A stretch of DNA of 64,000 bases from an uncultured Clostridia bacterium (GCA_944350265.1 CALVOG010000003.1:25341-89340); one strand, 5' to 3'. Positions 31,613 to 41,776 are shown, counted from the stretch's first letter. Numbers and translations: made by a program. The notes: generated by a model not told the origin, from the letters alone.

Positions 31613-33703
31613 TTAATTTTCAGCCTTTTTTCTTTGTCCAATAATACCTTCAGCGATATTTCTTGGCACTTCGGCATACTTTAAGAACTCCATTGTGAAG
31701 TTTCCGCGCCCTTGCGATTGCGAACGAAGGTCAGTTGCATAACCAAACATTTCGCCAAGTGGCACTTCGGCGTTGACAACTTGCACGCCTGGACGGGTTT
31801 CGTTACCAGTGAGAAGTCCTCGGCGTGAAGTGATGTTACCCATAACAGTGCCGAGGTATTCATCTGGCACTTCCACTTGCACTTTCATAATAGGTTCAAG
31901 AAGCACAGGGTCAGCCTTTGCGCACGCTTCCTTAAACGCCATAGAACCAGCAATCTTAAATGCCATTTCGGAGGAGTCGACTTCGTGGTAAGAACCGTCG
32001 AGAAGGGTTATCTTGTAGTCAACAACTTCGTAACCAGCGAGAATGCCATTTTTTGCCGCCTCTTTGATTCCGTTGAAAACTGGTTGGATATATTCTTTTG
32101 GAATGGAACCGCCCACCGTCTTATCAACAAATCTTTCAGCGTCCTCAAGGTGTGTTCCTGCTGGCACTGGCTCGATGTCGATAACGCAGTGACCGTATTG
32201 ACCTTTACCACCGCTTTGACGAACGAATTTGCCCTCAGCATGAGCAGGTTTTTTGATGGTTTCTTTATATGCAACCTGTGGCGCGCCAACGTTTGCCTCC
32301 ACCTTAAACTCTCTAAGAAGTCTGTCAACGATGATTTCAAGGTGAAGTTCGCCCATACCAGCGATGATGGTTTGACCCGTTTCTTGGTCGGTGTAGGTTT
32401 TGAAAGTTGGGTCCTCTTCGGCAAGTTTCACAAGTGCAAGCACCATTTTTTCTTGCATAAGTTTGGTTTTAGGCTCGATTGCAACGCGAATAACTGGGTC
32501 TGGGAAGTCCATACTCTCTAGAACGATTGGATGTTTTTCGTCGCAAAGAGTTTCACCGGTTATTGTGTCTTTAAGCCCCACAATCGCTGCGATATCGCCC
32601 GCGCCAACCTCTTTGATTTCCTCTCTTTGGTTAGCGTGCATACGAATAAGTCGCCCAACTCTCTCCTTCTCGCCCTTATTTGAGTTATAAACGTAACTTC
32701 CAGCGGTGAGTTTGCCAGAATATACGCGGAAGAAGGCAAGTCTGCCCACGAATGGGTCGGTCATAATCTTAAACGCAAGCCCTGCAAACGGAGCATCCTC
32801 ACTTGGCGCTCTTGTTTCAGTTTCGCCTGTATCTGGGTTCACACCCTCGATATGCTCGATGTCAAGTGGAGATGGAAGATATTCAACCATAGCATCCAAA
32901 AGCATCTGCACGCCCTTATTCTTATAGGAAGAACCGCAAAGAACAGGGGTTAATTTTCTTGAAATTGTGGCGTTACGAATCGCCTTTTTAAGTTCGTCAA
33001 GCGAAATTTCTTCGCCTTCAAAATACTTGGCAAGAAGGTCGTCGTCGGTTTCCACAATCTTTTCAATGATTTCGTCGTGGAGTTGTTGCGCTCTATCCTT
33101 ATAATCGGCTGGGATGTCAGTTACGTCGAACACCTTTCCAAGGTCATCCTCATAGATTTCCGCCTTCATTGTGAGAAGGTCGATAATTCCACTGAAATCA
33201 TCCGCTGAGCCAATTGGCATTTGGATTGGAAGCGGATTGGTTTTAAGTCTTTCTCTTATCGACTCAACACAACCAAAAAAGTCAGCCGCATCTCTATCCA
33301 TTTTGTTCACGTAGATGATTGTTGGCACTTTATATTTTGAAGATTGACGCCAAACAGTTTCGGTTTGTGGTTGAACCTTATCACGCGCGCTTAGAACAAG
33401 CACAGCGCCGTCCAAAACCTTCAAAGAACGCTCAACTTCCACGGTGAAGTCAACGTGTCCTGGGGTGTCGATGATGTTAATCTTGTGGTCTTTCCACCAG
33501 CAAGTTGTGCAGGCAGAGGTGATGGTGATACCACGTTCTTGCTCTTGTGCCATCCAGTCCATTGTTGCTTCGCCGTCGTGCACTTCGCCGATTTTGTGAC
33601 TTTTACCTGTATAGAACAAAATTCTTTCGGTGGTGGTGGTCTTACCAGCGTCGATATGCGCCATAATTCCAACATTGCGCACCATTGTTAAATCGGTAGC
33701 CAT
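31613..33703 (-). CDS. fusA: Elongation factor G
   Basis: [14 protein letters not shown] and GMGELHL motifs; AAGGAG RBS before ATG 33703. Confidence 0.99.
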   Translation of the reverse strand: MATDLTMVRNVGIMAHIDAGKTTTTERILFYTGKSHKIGEVHDGEATMDWMAQEQERGITITSACTTCWWKDHKINIIDTPGHVDFTVEVERSLKVLDGAVLVLSARDKVQPQTETVWRQSSKYKVPTIIYVNKMDRDAADFFGCVESIRERLKTNPLPIQMPIGSADDFSGIIDLLTMKAEIYEDDLGKVFDVTDIPADYKDRAQQLHDEIIEKIVETDDDLLAKYFEGEEISLDELKKAIRNATISRKLTPVLCGSSYKNKGVQMLLDAMVEYLPSPLDIEHIEGVNPDTGETETRAPSEDAPFAGLAFKIMTDPFVGRLAFFRVYSGKLTAGSYVYNSNKGEKERVGRLIRMHANQREEIKEVGAGDIAAIVGLKDTITGETLCDEKHPIVLESMDFPDPVIRVAIEPKTKLMQEKMVLALVKLAEEDPTFKTYTDQETGQTIIAGMGELHLEIIVDRLLREFKVEANVGAPQVAYKETIKKPAHAEGKFVRQSGGKGQYGHCVIDIEPVPAGTHLEDAERFVDKTVGGSIPKEYIQPVFNGIKEAAKNGILAGYEVVDYKITLLDGSYHEVDSSEMAFKIAGSMAFKEACAKADPVLLEPIMKVQVEVPDEYLGTVMGNITSRRGLLTGNETRPGVQVVNAEVPLGEMFGYATDLRSQSQGRGNFTMEFLKYAEVPRNIAEGIIGQRKKAEN

Positions 33704-33716
33704 ATTTTTCTCCTTT

Positions 33717-34019
33717 TCAAATTTGTTTTTCTTTCCTTTGGGCAATGAAGTTATGATACTGAGATTTATACTCCTCGCCAAATCTCGCCGTCATAAACCT
33801 CACCCAAAGAATACTGATTCCGTTTTCGTTGTTGTGCCCATCCACATTATTTCCCTTAACCTCGAAGTCCATAAGTGTGTAGGAAAATATTATTCCGCAC
33901 GCCTCTTCGTCGATATAGATTCTGTCACCTATCGCTTCGTATTTTGGGAAATTTTTAACGCCATAGGTTTTTGTGAAGAAGTTTTTAACCTCCTCTTCTT
34001 TTAAGGACTCAACAAACAT
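33717..34019 (-). CDS. Orphan protein inserted in the str operon (DF...FMxxxFGxxY type)
   Basis: 100-aa ORF whose stop codon abuts the fusA RBS; similar to the upstream orphan. Confidence 0.7.
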   Translation of the reverse strand: MFVESLKEEEVKNFFTKTYGVKNFPKYEAIGDRIYIDEEACGIIFSYTLMDFEVKGNNVDGHNNENGISILWVRFMTARFGEEYKSQYHNFIAQRKEKQI

Positions 34020-34066
34020 AAACTCTCTTTTTTGACCTATTTTTAAGTATAGGTTTTCTTTTTTAA

Positions 34067-34660
34067 TTATTTGGTTTTGATGCCGTTATTTTCCATAAGG
34101 GCTTTAAACTTTATCGAAAACTTTTCGTATTCGTCGCAATAAGTCTTCCCAAATTTTTTTGACATTTCATTGATGTAAGCATTTTGCGAAGCCTCTTGTT
34201 GTTTCCATTCCTCTTTGCTTATATCAAATCGTATGTTTTTGTTTGAATCAAAACTTATCACTGGAAAATCTTTGGCAATTAGACCTCTATTCATTTTGAA
34301 CGGACGACTTAATAAAAGATTGGTAAAATTTAAATCAAAATCACTTATTGTTATATAGCCTATTTTTCGTGGCTCGGAAGCCTCTTCGCCTATTTTGACA
34401 ATTTTTAAGTGTATAAAATTTCCATTTTTGTAATCTACTTTTTTTATACTGCCATCAACCTTTTTATATTCATAGTCCAAAATTTCATAAAACATACTAT
34501 TTTGCCAATCGCTTGGATAATTCATAATTGTCGATTGTCTTGCAATACTAACAATTTCTTCGTCATCCAAGAGAGACAAATAACGACTATTATTCAGCGG
34601 ATTTTTCAAGCATTCTCTCTTCACATTTTCAGTGTAGCCCTTCATCAATTTACTGCGCAT
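34067..34660 (-). CDS. Orphan protein inserted in the str operon (DF...MxxxFGxxY type)
   Basis: 197-aa AT-rich ORF starting 6 nt after the rpsG stop. Confidence 0.7.
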   Translation of the reverse strand: MRSKLMKGYTENVKRECLKNPLNNSRYLSLLDDEEIVSIARQSTIMNYPSDWQNSMFYEILDYEYKKVDGSIKKVDYKNGNFIHLKIVKIGEEASEPRKIGYITISDFDLNFTNLLLSRPFKMNRGLIAKDFPVISFDSNKNIRFDISKEEWKQQEASQNAYINEMSKKFGKTYCDEYEKFSIKFKALMENNGIKTK

Positions 34661-34666
34661 AATAAA

Positions 34667-35140
34667 TTACCACTTGTAGTGAGCAAAAGCCTTGTTTGCT
34701 TCTGCCATTCTGTGCATTTCATCTCTCTTCTTAATGGAAGCGCCTGTGTTATTGTATGCATCCATAAGTTCGCCAGCAAGTTTTGCATCCATATTTCTTT
34801 CGCCTGTTCTTTTTCTTGCGTTATTCACAATCCAGCGGATGGCAAGAGTTTGACGACGTTCTGGTCTTATCTCCATAGGAACTTGGTAAGTTGCACCGCC
34901 AACGCGACGACCTTTTGTTTCAAGCATAGGCTTCACATTTTCAATCGCTGTGAGGCAAACGTCAAGGCTGTCTAAACTTGTCTTTTCCTTAATAATGTCA
35001 AATGCACCATAAACTATTCTTTGCGCTAAGCCTTTTTTTCCATCAAGCATAACTTGGTTAACAAGTTTTGTGACAACTTTGTTGTTGTAGATTGGGTCTG
35101 GCAAAACGTCTTTCTTAACCGCACATTTTCTTCTTGGCAT
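34667..35140 (-). CDS. rpsG: 30S ribosomal protein S7
   Basis: MPRR...[11 protein letters not shown]...[11 protein letters not shown]. Confidence 0.99.
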   Translation of the reverse strand: MPRRKCAVKKDVLPDPIYNNKVVTKLVNQVMLDGKKGLAQRIVYGAFDIIKEKTSLDSLDVCLTAIENVKPMLETKGRRVGGATYQVPMEIRPERRQTLAIRWIVNNARKRTGERNMDAKLAGELMDAYNNTGASIKKRDEMHRMAEANKAFAHYKW

Positions 35141-35234
35141 TTTTCTTTCTCCTTTTAACTAAATTTTCTAAAAACAAAATCATTTCGGCTCAAAAAGCCC
35201 TAACCCTAAAAATGACTTCGCCCGCCCAAAAAGA

Positions 35235-35609
35235 TTACTTCTTAGGTCTTTTTGCGCCATATTTTGAACGGCCTTGTTTTCTGTTTGCAACGCCTGCTGT
35301 GTCAAGCGTTCCGCGAATGATGTGGTATCTCACACCTGGCAGGTCCTTAACACGTCCGCCACGAACAAGCACAACGCTGTGCTCTTGGAGGTTGTGACCG
35401 ATTCCTGGGATATAGCAAGTTCCCTCTTGTCCATTAGAAAGTTTAACTCTCGCAATCTTACGAAGAGCAGAGTTAGGCTTTTTTGGTGTTGCGGTTCTCA
35501 CCGACAAGCAAACACCACGCTTTTGAGGGCATTCCTCTAAGAGCGGAGCCTTCTTCTTTTTCTCAAAAGTTTTGCGACCTTTTCTAACTAACTGGTTAAA
35601 TGTAGGCAT
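35235..35609 (-). CDS. rpsL: 30S ribosomal protein S12
   Basis: [18 protein letters not shown] and [10 protein letters not shown] motifs. Confidence 0.99.
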   Translation of the reverse strand: MPTFNQLVRKGRKTFEKKKKAPLLEECPQKRGVCLSVRTATPKKPNSALRKIARVKLSNGQEGTCYIPGIGHNLQEHSVVLVRGGRVKDLPGVRYHIIRGTLDTAGVANRKQGRSKYGAKRPKK

Positions 35610-35887
35610 CATCTTTCTCCTTTTAAAAAATTTCAGTTTTAAATCATAATGGATTTGTCAAACGCAAATTCGGCTTTCTTTATGGTTATGCGCTAAAACA
35701 ACAAACGCACATCCATAAAAAAAGACGCGAATTTCGCGCCAAAAAATATGCTAATATGGGCAAACACGAACAGCACAATCGAAAATTCGACTTCAAAACC
35801 AAAGAGGTTTCAAATCGGTGAGCAAAAAGCCACCTGCCGTTTGTTTATGCGATTAAGCATATGTCTCCGACAACGAAACACGCTTTT

Positions 35888-35916
35888 ATTATACACATAC
35901 GCCTTGCCATTGTCAA
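35888..35916 (-). promoter_or_regulatory. SigA promoter of the str operon
   Basis: TTGACA-17-TATAAT about 270 nt upstream of rpsL. Confidence 0.8.
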
Positions 35917-36159
35917 GCATTTTTCAAAATTATAATAAACTTTTTCTCCAAATTGATAGAATGAGATGTGTGCCTTTTTAAGAAAAAATGGCGGAGAAAC
36001 AGCACGCCACTCCCTATGGCTCGCTTATCGACCCGTCTGTGTCGCTTTTTCTGGAATGTGTTAGACGAATATATCAAGTGTTATCTTTACTAGAGTTGCA
36101 CTTTAAAGAAAATTCAACTCAAAAATGACAAACTGGATGTAAAAAATGTAATTATTTTT

Positions 36160-37158
36160 TTAAACCTTTTCTAGTCGGGCTTGTTCCAGTCTCTTTCTAT
36201 ACTTTTCCTTCTTCTTTAAATATTTTGCATACAAATCATTGACGTTTTCGAGGTTGCCTTTAAGTTCTGCAAGCGCTTCCCACACAGCGGTTTCGCTATG
36301 CCCTAGCCTTGTTGCGATTTCCCGCCCTCTAAGAGTTGGATTCTCAAATGAACACGTTGCAATCTCGCGCTTAACCAATGACATATCGCGCGTGAGGTAG
36401 TCAAACAGAAATTCCCGCCCGCAATGTTTTTCCACTAAGCCGTAAAGCCTCTCTCTTTTCTCGCTTCGACTCACCGTCAGCAGGTTAAAATTCGCCATTT
36501 CAAGTAAACTTTCTGGCGAGGTGCCATTTTCAAACAAAAACTGCACACAACGCGTTGCATCTTTAAGCATCAGCCTTGCATACTCTTTCGTGCATCCAAA
36601 GCTCTGTGCGATTTGCGAGAGTGGCTTGTCCAAATAATAATGTTCAGCAAACACCCTCGCCTGCTTTTTTGGAAGATGTGGCAAGATTTTTTCCTTGATA
36701 AACCTTAACTCCAAATTCGCATCGGCTTGCTCGTTATCAATTTTAAGTATCTCACCAAATTCCTTCGAATTTTCGTCTAAATCGCCCAAACTTTCCACCT
36801 TGTATGGGCAAACATCCTTCATAAAGTGGGTGCTTTTTCTAAAAATGGCAATGCCAAGATAGGTGGAAAAAGAGGTGGACATATTCAAATCGAAGCCCTC
36901 AATCGCTTTCATAACCGTTTCGTAATAACTCTCAAGTAAATCCTCTTTCGACGGAAAATAAACGCCGTTATCTCTTAAATTACCCTCGCAAACGCCAAGC
37001 ACAAGTTTTTTAACAAGCCTAAGATTGCCCGCAAAAATTTTATCCCTAATCTTTTTGTCTTTCGTTTCCTTATAGAGTTTCAACAGCCTCAAATTTTCTT
37101 CTTTTGAGAGTGCTGGTGGCAACTTTCTCCAAAGGTTATATCTATGTAATATTTCCAT
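36160..37158 (-). CDS. Sigma-70-family (SigE/SigK-like) protein with one extra C-terminal HTH
   Basis: LPPALSKEEN..GNLRLV..EDLLE..AIEGFD..SFSTY; region 4 LSQIAQSFGCTKEYAR; second HTH RGREIATRLGHSETAV. Confidence 0.8.
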   Translation of the reverse strand: MEILHRYNLWRKLPPALSKEENLRLLKLYKETKDKKIRDKIFAGNLRLVKKLVLGVCEGNLRDNGVYFPSKEDLLESYYETVMKAIEGFDLNMSTSFSTYLGIAIFRKSTHFMKDVCPYKVESLGDLDENSKEFGEILKIDNEQADANLELRFIKEKILPHLPKKQARVFAEHYYLDKPLSQIAQSFGCTKEYARLMLKDATRCVQFLFENGTSPESLLEMANFNLLTVSRSEKRERLYGLVEKHCGREFLFDYLTRDMSLVKREIATCSFENPTLRGREIATRLGHSETAVWEALAELKGNLENVNDLYAKYLKKKEKYRKRLEQARLEKV

Positions 37159-37161
37159 CTT

Positions 37162-38433
37162 TCACCCCTCTTCTTTCTCGCGTTCACCTAAAATTTTTGA
37201 ATGGATGGTGTTTTCACGTTCTTTTTCCAAATATTTTTTAAGACGCGCAATTCGGTGAGAATACTCAGTTTCGCATAACCCGCACTTTTTGGCAAGTTCT
37301 CTTTGCGTTTCGCCGTTATAGCCCAAAATTCCATATTCTAGCACCAAAGCGTTTCGCTTATCCTTCAAGTTTGGCAAGAAGTAGTGTCTTAGAGCCTCCT
37401 CACCACCCACGCTCGCCACAAATTTTTTCATCTTTTCCACCTTCCCCAAACTCTTTTTCTTCTTTTCAACCACAATTTTCTCTTTGGAAGGTTCTTCACC
37501 ACGAAGATATTTTTCATAATATATATCGCCATACTTTTCAAGTTTAAAATAGACATCTCTTAAACTCGACGTGGTGTTGTTGTTCTTTTCGTTAAGTTCG
37601 CGCGCTATATCAACAAGTTTTCCTCTTTCTTCGGCGAGAATTGCGCGTTCAAAGATAAATCTTTGCCTGTCGGTCAAGGTGTGAACAAAATACTTTTCAA
37701 AAAAATCTCTGCCATATTTTTCAATATCGAATTTCTCACGCCAATGGATGCTATATTTGGGAGTTTCAGTCGCAACATCATTAAGTTCGCCCGTTTCAAA
37801 GAGGTTTTTGGTGTGGAATTTTGCCATTTTCAGTCTCTTTCGAACGGCCTCGCGCGAACAGTTTTTCTCATTAGCGATTTTTTGCAAGGTCTTATTCTTA
37901 AAAAAGTAGTCAACAAAAACTTGCCTTTCCGCCTCTGGCAACTTTGGCAAAATTTCCTTCTTAATAATCTCCACCGCCACCTTATCTTCATAGTTAAGAT
38001 AGTCAAAGTCGAAAAGCATAGCTAAAAATGTGCTTCTTTCGTCCTCGTCCATAGGCGCATCCAAACTTTGCGTCACGTGAACAGAAGAGTCTTCGCCCAC
38101 AACAAATCGGCTTATTGAGTTTTTCACTGCTGTGCTTAAATAGGAAGAAAAGGAGGTGCCTAGTTCTGCGTTAAAAAGGTCGATTGCGCGAAGAAGCGCC
38201 CACGCGCCCTCTTCAAGTAGGTCCTCATTTTCTGGGTAAATTGGGCTTTGATAGTGAAGAAATTTTTTGCAGTAACGCGTCACGCACATACAAACAAAAC
38301 GGAGATTGCCATCAAAAATCCTTTCGCGCAAATTTTCATCGCGCGATTTTGAATATTCACGTAATAACCTTAAATTTTCCTCTTTTGAGAGCGCTGGTGG
38401 CAAAGACTCCCAAAAGTCCAATCTATTTTTCAT
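37162..38433 (-). CDS. Sigma-70-family (SigE/SigK-like) protein with two extra C-terminal HTHs
   Basis: LPPALSKEEN..GNLRFV..EDLLEEG..AIDLFN..SFSSY..SLDAPM; HTHs TLQKIANEKNCSREAVR, LVDIARELN and TQRELAKKCG. Confidence 0.8.
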   Translation of the reverse strand: MKNRLDFWESLPPALSKEENLRLLREYSKSRDENLRERIFDGNLRFVCMCVTRYCKKFLHYQSPIYPENEDLLEEGAWALLRAIDLFNAELGTSFSSYLSTAVKNSISRFVVGEDSSVHVTQSLDAPMDEDERSTFLAMLFDFDYLNYEDKVAVEIIKKEILPKLPEAERQVFVDYFFKNKTLQKIANEKNCSREAVRKRLKMAKFHTKNLFETGELNDVATETPKYSIHWREKFDIEKYGRDFFEKYFVHTLTDRQRFIFERAILAEERGKLVDIARELNEKNNNTTSSLRDVYFKLEKYGDIYYEKYLRGEEPSKEKIVVEKKKKSLGKVEKMKKFVASVGGEEALRHYFLPNLKDKRNALVLEYGILGYNGETQRELAKKCGLCETEYSHRIARLKKYLEKERENTIHSKILGEREKEEG

Positions 38434-38451
38434 ATTTCCTCTTCAAGAAGG

Positions 38452-38480
38452 ATTTTAGCACACCCTCCTCGCTTTGTCAA
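38452..38480 (-). promoter_or_regulatory. SigA promoter (extended -10) of the sigma-like pair
   Basis: TTGACA-17-TGc TAAAAT; GAGGA RBS follows. Confidence 0.8.
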
Positions 38481-38539
38481 TATGCCATTTCAGTTTTCTT
38501 GCCGAAACTAAGTGACGCTGTCACATTTTAAGGTCCACC

Positions 38540-39778
38540 TCACACCCTCTCGCAGATGGAGGCGGAAAGTGATGGTTTTATAACACGCGCCTTCACAATT
38601 TCGCCAACGTGACAACCGCCGACGAATGCGCACTTAATGTAGTTTTTGCTATACCCAAAAAACACGCCGTTCTTTTCCTCTTCAATCAAAACTTCCAAAA
38701 TGTCGTTTTGGGCGATAAAGTCAATTTTATCTTTCTTCCTTATCTCAGCAAGCACTTTTGCGCGCTCTTCTTTAACGCTTTTTGGCAAATCTTTAAACAT
38801 TTTCGACGCCACAGTACCTTTTCGGTTGGAGTATGGGAAAATATGTAAGTCTGAAAAGCCGATTTTTTTAATAAAGTTGACGGTTTCAGTGAAATTTTCC
38901 TCTGTTTCGGTTGGGAAACCCACGATGACGTCGGTGGTTATGCCCGCAAGCGGAAAGTATTTTCGAATCAAATTCACCGTGCGCTCAAAGTCTGCGGTTC
39001 GATACTTTCTGTTCATTTTCTTTAAAACTTCGTCACACCCGCTTTGCAAAGAAAGGTGGAAATGTGGACAAAAATTTTTGAGTTTTTTTAGGCGCCTAAC
39101 AAAATCTTCGCTTATCAAATTGTCCTCCATCGACGAAAGCCTGAGGCGAAATCCAAACCTGTCAAGCGCTTCCAAAAGGTCAATAAGTTTGGTGCCGTTT
39201 TTGTCGCAATACGAGGAAACATCAATCCCAACAAGCACCACTTCTTTAACGCTTTTTGGCAGTTTTTCAATCTCAACAATAACGCTCCTTGCCTCACGCG
39301 AACGGCTTCGCCCACGAAGGTATGGAATTATGCAATACGTGCAAAAATTGTTGCAACCATCTTGGATTTTGATAAACGCGCGCTCTTTGGTTTGGGCGCT
39401 AAAAAAGTCGTCCTCATATTCAAGCGGAAGGTCGTAAACTTTCTCGCCCTCGCTTAAAAGGTGGTCGATTATTTTCAGTTTTTCCGCCACGCCCTGCACG
39501 AACACCACTCCTTTTTTCTCAAATTGCGACGGACGATTTTGGCTTGCACAGCCCACAACATATATCTTTGCGCTCGGGTTAAATTTACGGCAACGTTCAA
39601 TCATTTGGCGTGATTTTCGCTCTGCTTCGTTCGTCACCGCGCAGGTGTTGATGATGTATGCGTCCGCCCATTCCAGCGCGTCAGTTGCCTCAAAGCCCTT
39701 TTTTTGCAAAGTAAAAATGAGAGCATCGCTCTCATACTTATTCACTTTGCAACCTAACGTTAAAACAGCTATTTTCAT
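38540..39778 (-). CDS. mtaB: tRNA ms2t6A methylthiotransferase MtaB
   Basis: TLGCKVNKYES, RAFIKIQDGCNNFCTYC and HFHLSLQSG motifs; follows rsmE. Confidence 0.95.
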   Translation of the reverse strand: MKIAVLTLGCKVNKYESDALIFTLQKKGFEATDALEWADAYIINTCAVTNEAERKSRQMIERCRKFNPSAKIYVVGCASQNRPSQFEKKGVVFVQGVAEKLKIIDHLLSEGEKVYDLPLEYEDDFFSAQTKERAFIKIQDGCNNFCTYCIIPYLRGRSRSREARSVIVEIEKLPKSVKEVVLVGIDVSSYCDKNGTKLIDLLEALDRFGFRLRLSSMEDNLISEDFVRRLKKLKNFCPHFHLSLQSGCDEVLKKMNRKYRTADFERTVNLIRKYFPLAGITTDVIVGFPTETEENFTETVNFIKKIGFSDLHIFPYSNRKGTVASKMFKDLPKSVKEERAKVLAEIRKKDKIDFIAQNDILEVLIEEEKNGVFFGYSKNYIKCAFVGGCHVGEIVKARVIKPSLSASICERV

Positions 39779-39805
39779 ATCACACCCAATAGTAGTTCAT
39801 TAAAA

Positions 39806-40510
39806 TTAGTTATCGCTTAAAATGGAAACCAAACTCATCATTGCAACCGATGCAGTTTCGCATCTTAAAATGCGTTTACCAAGCGACACCGAAACCGCGC
39901 CCGCTTCCACAAACTTTTCCTTTTCCTTTTGAGAGAACCCGCCCTCTGAGCCAACGATTATGGCGATGTTTTTTTGCTTTGAAAGACTTTTTAATTTTTC
40001 GCCGACGTCGGTTCGCTCGTTTGCGAAAAGCACGATATCAAACTCCTTAAATCTTTCGATAACGCCAACAACATCGGTGGCAGGAGATATTTTTGGAATA
40101 ATCGTCCTCTCGCACTGCTTGCACGCGTTAAGTGCAATTTCGTAAAGCCTTTCCGCCTTGTTTTCAGTGACCTTGGCGATGCAATATTCACTCATAAACG
40201 GCACAATCTCGCTTATGCCAATTTCGGTTGCCTTCTGCACAATGAACTCAAACTTCGGCTTTTTTGCCACCGCCTGAAAAAGGACGATATTTTTAAGCGG
40301 ATTTCTTAGGCATTTGTTTTCGCCGTTAATCTTGCAAATGGCGCTAGTTTTAGTCACCTTTTCAATTTCGCAAACATATTCAATGTCGGTGTTAAGGCTG
40401 ACAATAACCTCGTCGCCAACGCCAAGGCGCAAAACATTTTTAAGGTGGATAAATTCACCATCTTTCACCACAATTTTATCGCCGTCTTTTTCTCCAAAAA
40501 ATCTTCTCAT
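39806..40510 (-). CDS. rsmE: 16S rRNA m3U1498 methyltransferase
   Basis: HLKNVLR, QKATEIG, IVGSEGGFS and SLGKRILRCETA motifs. Confidence 0.96.
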   Translation of the reverse strand: MRRFFGEKDGDKIVVKDGEFIHLKNVLRLGVGDEVIVSLNTDIEYVCEIEKVTKTSAICKINGENKCLRNPLKNIVLFQAVAKKPKFEFIVQKATEIGISEIVPFMSEYCIAKVTENKAERLYEIALNACKQCERTIIPKISPATDVVGVIERFKEFDIVLFANERTDVGEKLKSLSKQKNIAIIVGSEGGFSQKEKEKFVEAGAVSVSLGKRILRCETASVAMMSLVSILSDN

Positions 40511-40616
40511 ATTACCCTCTCTTATCTATTTTACAACAAAAACACAAATTATCAAAACGATTTTAATGAAAATTTTTATTTATGAAAAATTTTTGCTCAC
40601 TTTTACCTTTTCACAA

Positions 40617-41069
40617 TCAATATCTTTTATTATTTGGCAAATTTTCATAGTCATTAAAAAGTTTTTGGCATTCACTTTCGTCAATTTGAGTTAAAAACTT
40701 TTTCCTATCCCTTAAAAGGTGATAAATTTTTTCATCTCTAAATCCAATTTCCTCGGTTTCCTTTGTGTGGCAACCATAGTAAACTTTTTCAATGTTCGCC
40801 CACGCGCACGCCGATAGGCACATCGAGCAAGGCTCCGCGGTGGTGTAAAGTTCACAGCCTGTCAGGTCAAAGGTTTTAAGGCTCTTACTGGCCTTTCTTA
40901 TCGCCTCTATTTCGCCGTGGCAGGTGGCATCGTTTTTCTTTAAAACGCAGTTGTGCGCCTTTGCAACCACCTTGCCGTTTTTAACTAAAACTGCGCCGAA
41001 AGGTCCGCCGTCGCCACTTTTTATTCCCCTTTCCGCCTCCAAGATTGCCATTTTCATAAACTTATTCAT
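40617..41069 (-). CDS. guaD: Nucleoside/guanine deaminase (CDA fold, GuaD-like)
   Basis: GGPFGAV, HGEIEAIR, EPCSMC and GFRD motifs. Confidence 0.85.
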   Translation of the reverse strand: MNKFMKMAILEAERGIKSGDGGPFGAVLVKNGKVVAKAHNCVLKKNDATCHGEIEAIRKASKSLKTFDLTGCELYTTAEPCSMCLSACAWANIEKVYYGCHTKETEEIGFRDEKIYHLLRDRKKFLTQIDESECQKLFNDYENLPNNKRY

Positions 41070-41107
41070 AATTTCCTCAACTTCTCATCAGCATTATGGA
41101 TAGAAGG

Positions 41108-41776
41108 CTATTCAAGTCCCTTCAAAAATTTAACCGCTTCCTTTCGATTTTTGCTGTTATAAACAAACGAGCCAGAAACCAAAATATCCACCCCTAAATC
41201 GCGAAGTTTTTGCGCATTTTTTTCATTCACTCCGCCGTCGAATTCGATTTTGAAATTGAGGTTATTATCCATCTTAAAGCGGTGAATTTCCTCCACCTTT
41301 TTATATGTTTCCTCGTCAGTTTCCTGCCCCGACGCGCCTGGCTCAACGCCCATAACAAGCACCACATCGGCGCTGTAACTAAACGCACGAATTTCCTTAA
41401 ATGGCGTTGCTGGCTTTAAACTTATTCCCGCAAGCACATTGCACTTTTTGATGTAACTTATGACCTCTGCAAGTTGATTTTTGTCCTTAAACGCCTCATA
41501 GTGGAGGGTGATGATGTTGGCGCCCGCCGAGATATATTTCTCAACGTCGTTTGCTGGCTCATTGACCATCAGGTGGCAGTCAAGCATTATGGCACTACTA
41601 CTATTTATCGACTTAACAACGTTATAGTCAAAGGTGTTTTTCTGCACGAAGTTGTCGTTCATAATATCGCAGTGCAGAAACTCCGCAACGCCTTGCATTT
41701 CCTTTGCATAGTCCACAATATTTTGAAAGTTGTCAATAGGGTCGGTGGAAACCGCCACATCCACGATTTTTTTCAT
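41108..41776 (-). CDS. rpe: Ribulose-phosphate 3-epimerase
   Basis: HCDIM..FV, DCHLMV, LVMGVEPG, FDGGVN and VSGS motifs. Confidence 0.93.
   Translation of the reverse strand: MKKIVDVAVSTDPIDNFQNIVDYAKEMQGVAEFLHCDIMNDNFVQKNTFDYNVVKSINSSSAIMLDCHLMVNEPANDVEKYISAGANIITLHYEAFKDKNQLAEVISYIKKCNVLAGISLKPATPFKEIRAFSYSADVVLVMGVEPGASGQETDEETYKKVEEIHRFKMDNNLNFKIEFDGGVNEKNAQKLRDLGVDILVSGSFVYNSKNRKEAVKFLKGLE

Noticed and set aside
35235-35612. S12 lacking the Bacillus-type insertion
   Set aside because: Many Clostridia also lack it, so it is not unusual.
35989-36015. tRNA 3' end or att site (TGGCGGAG)
   Set aside because: Only about 9 nt match, there is no T-arm (GTTCGA), and no integrase is nearby.
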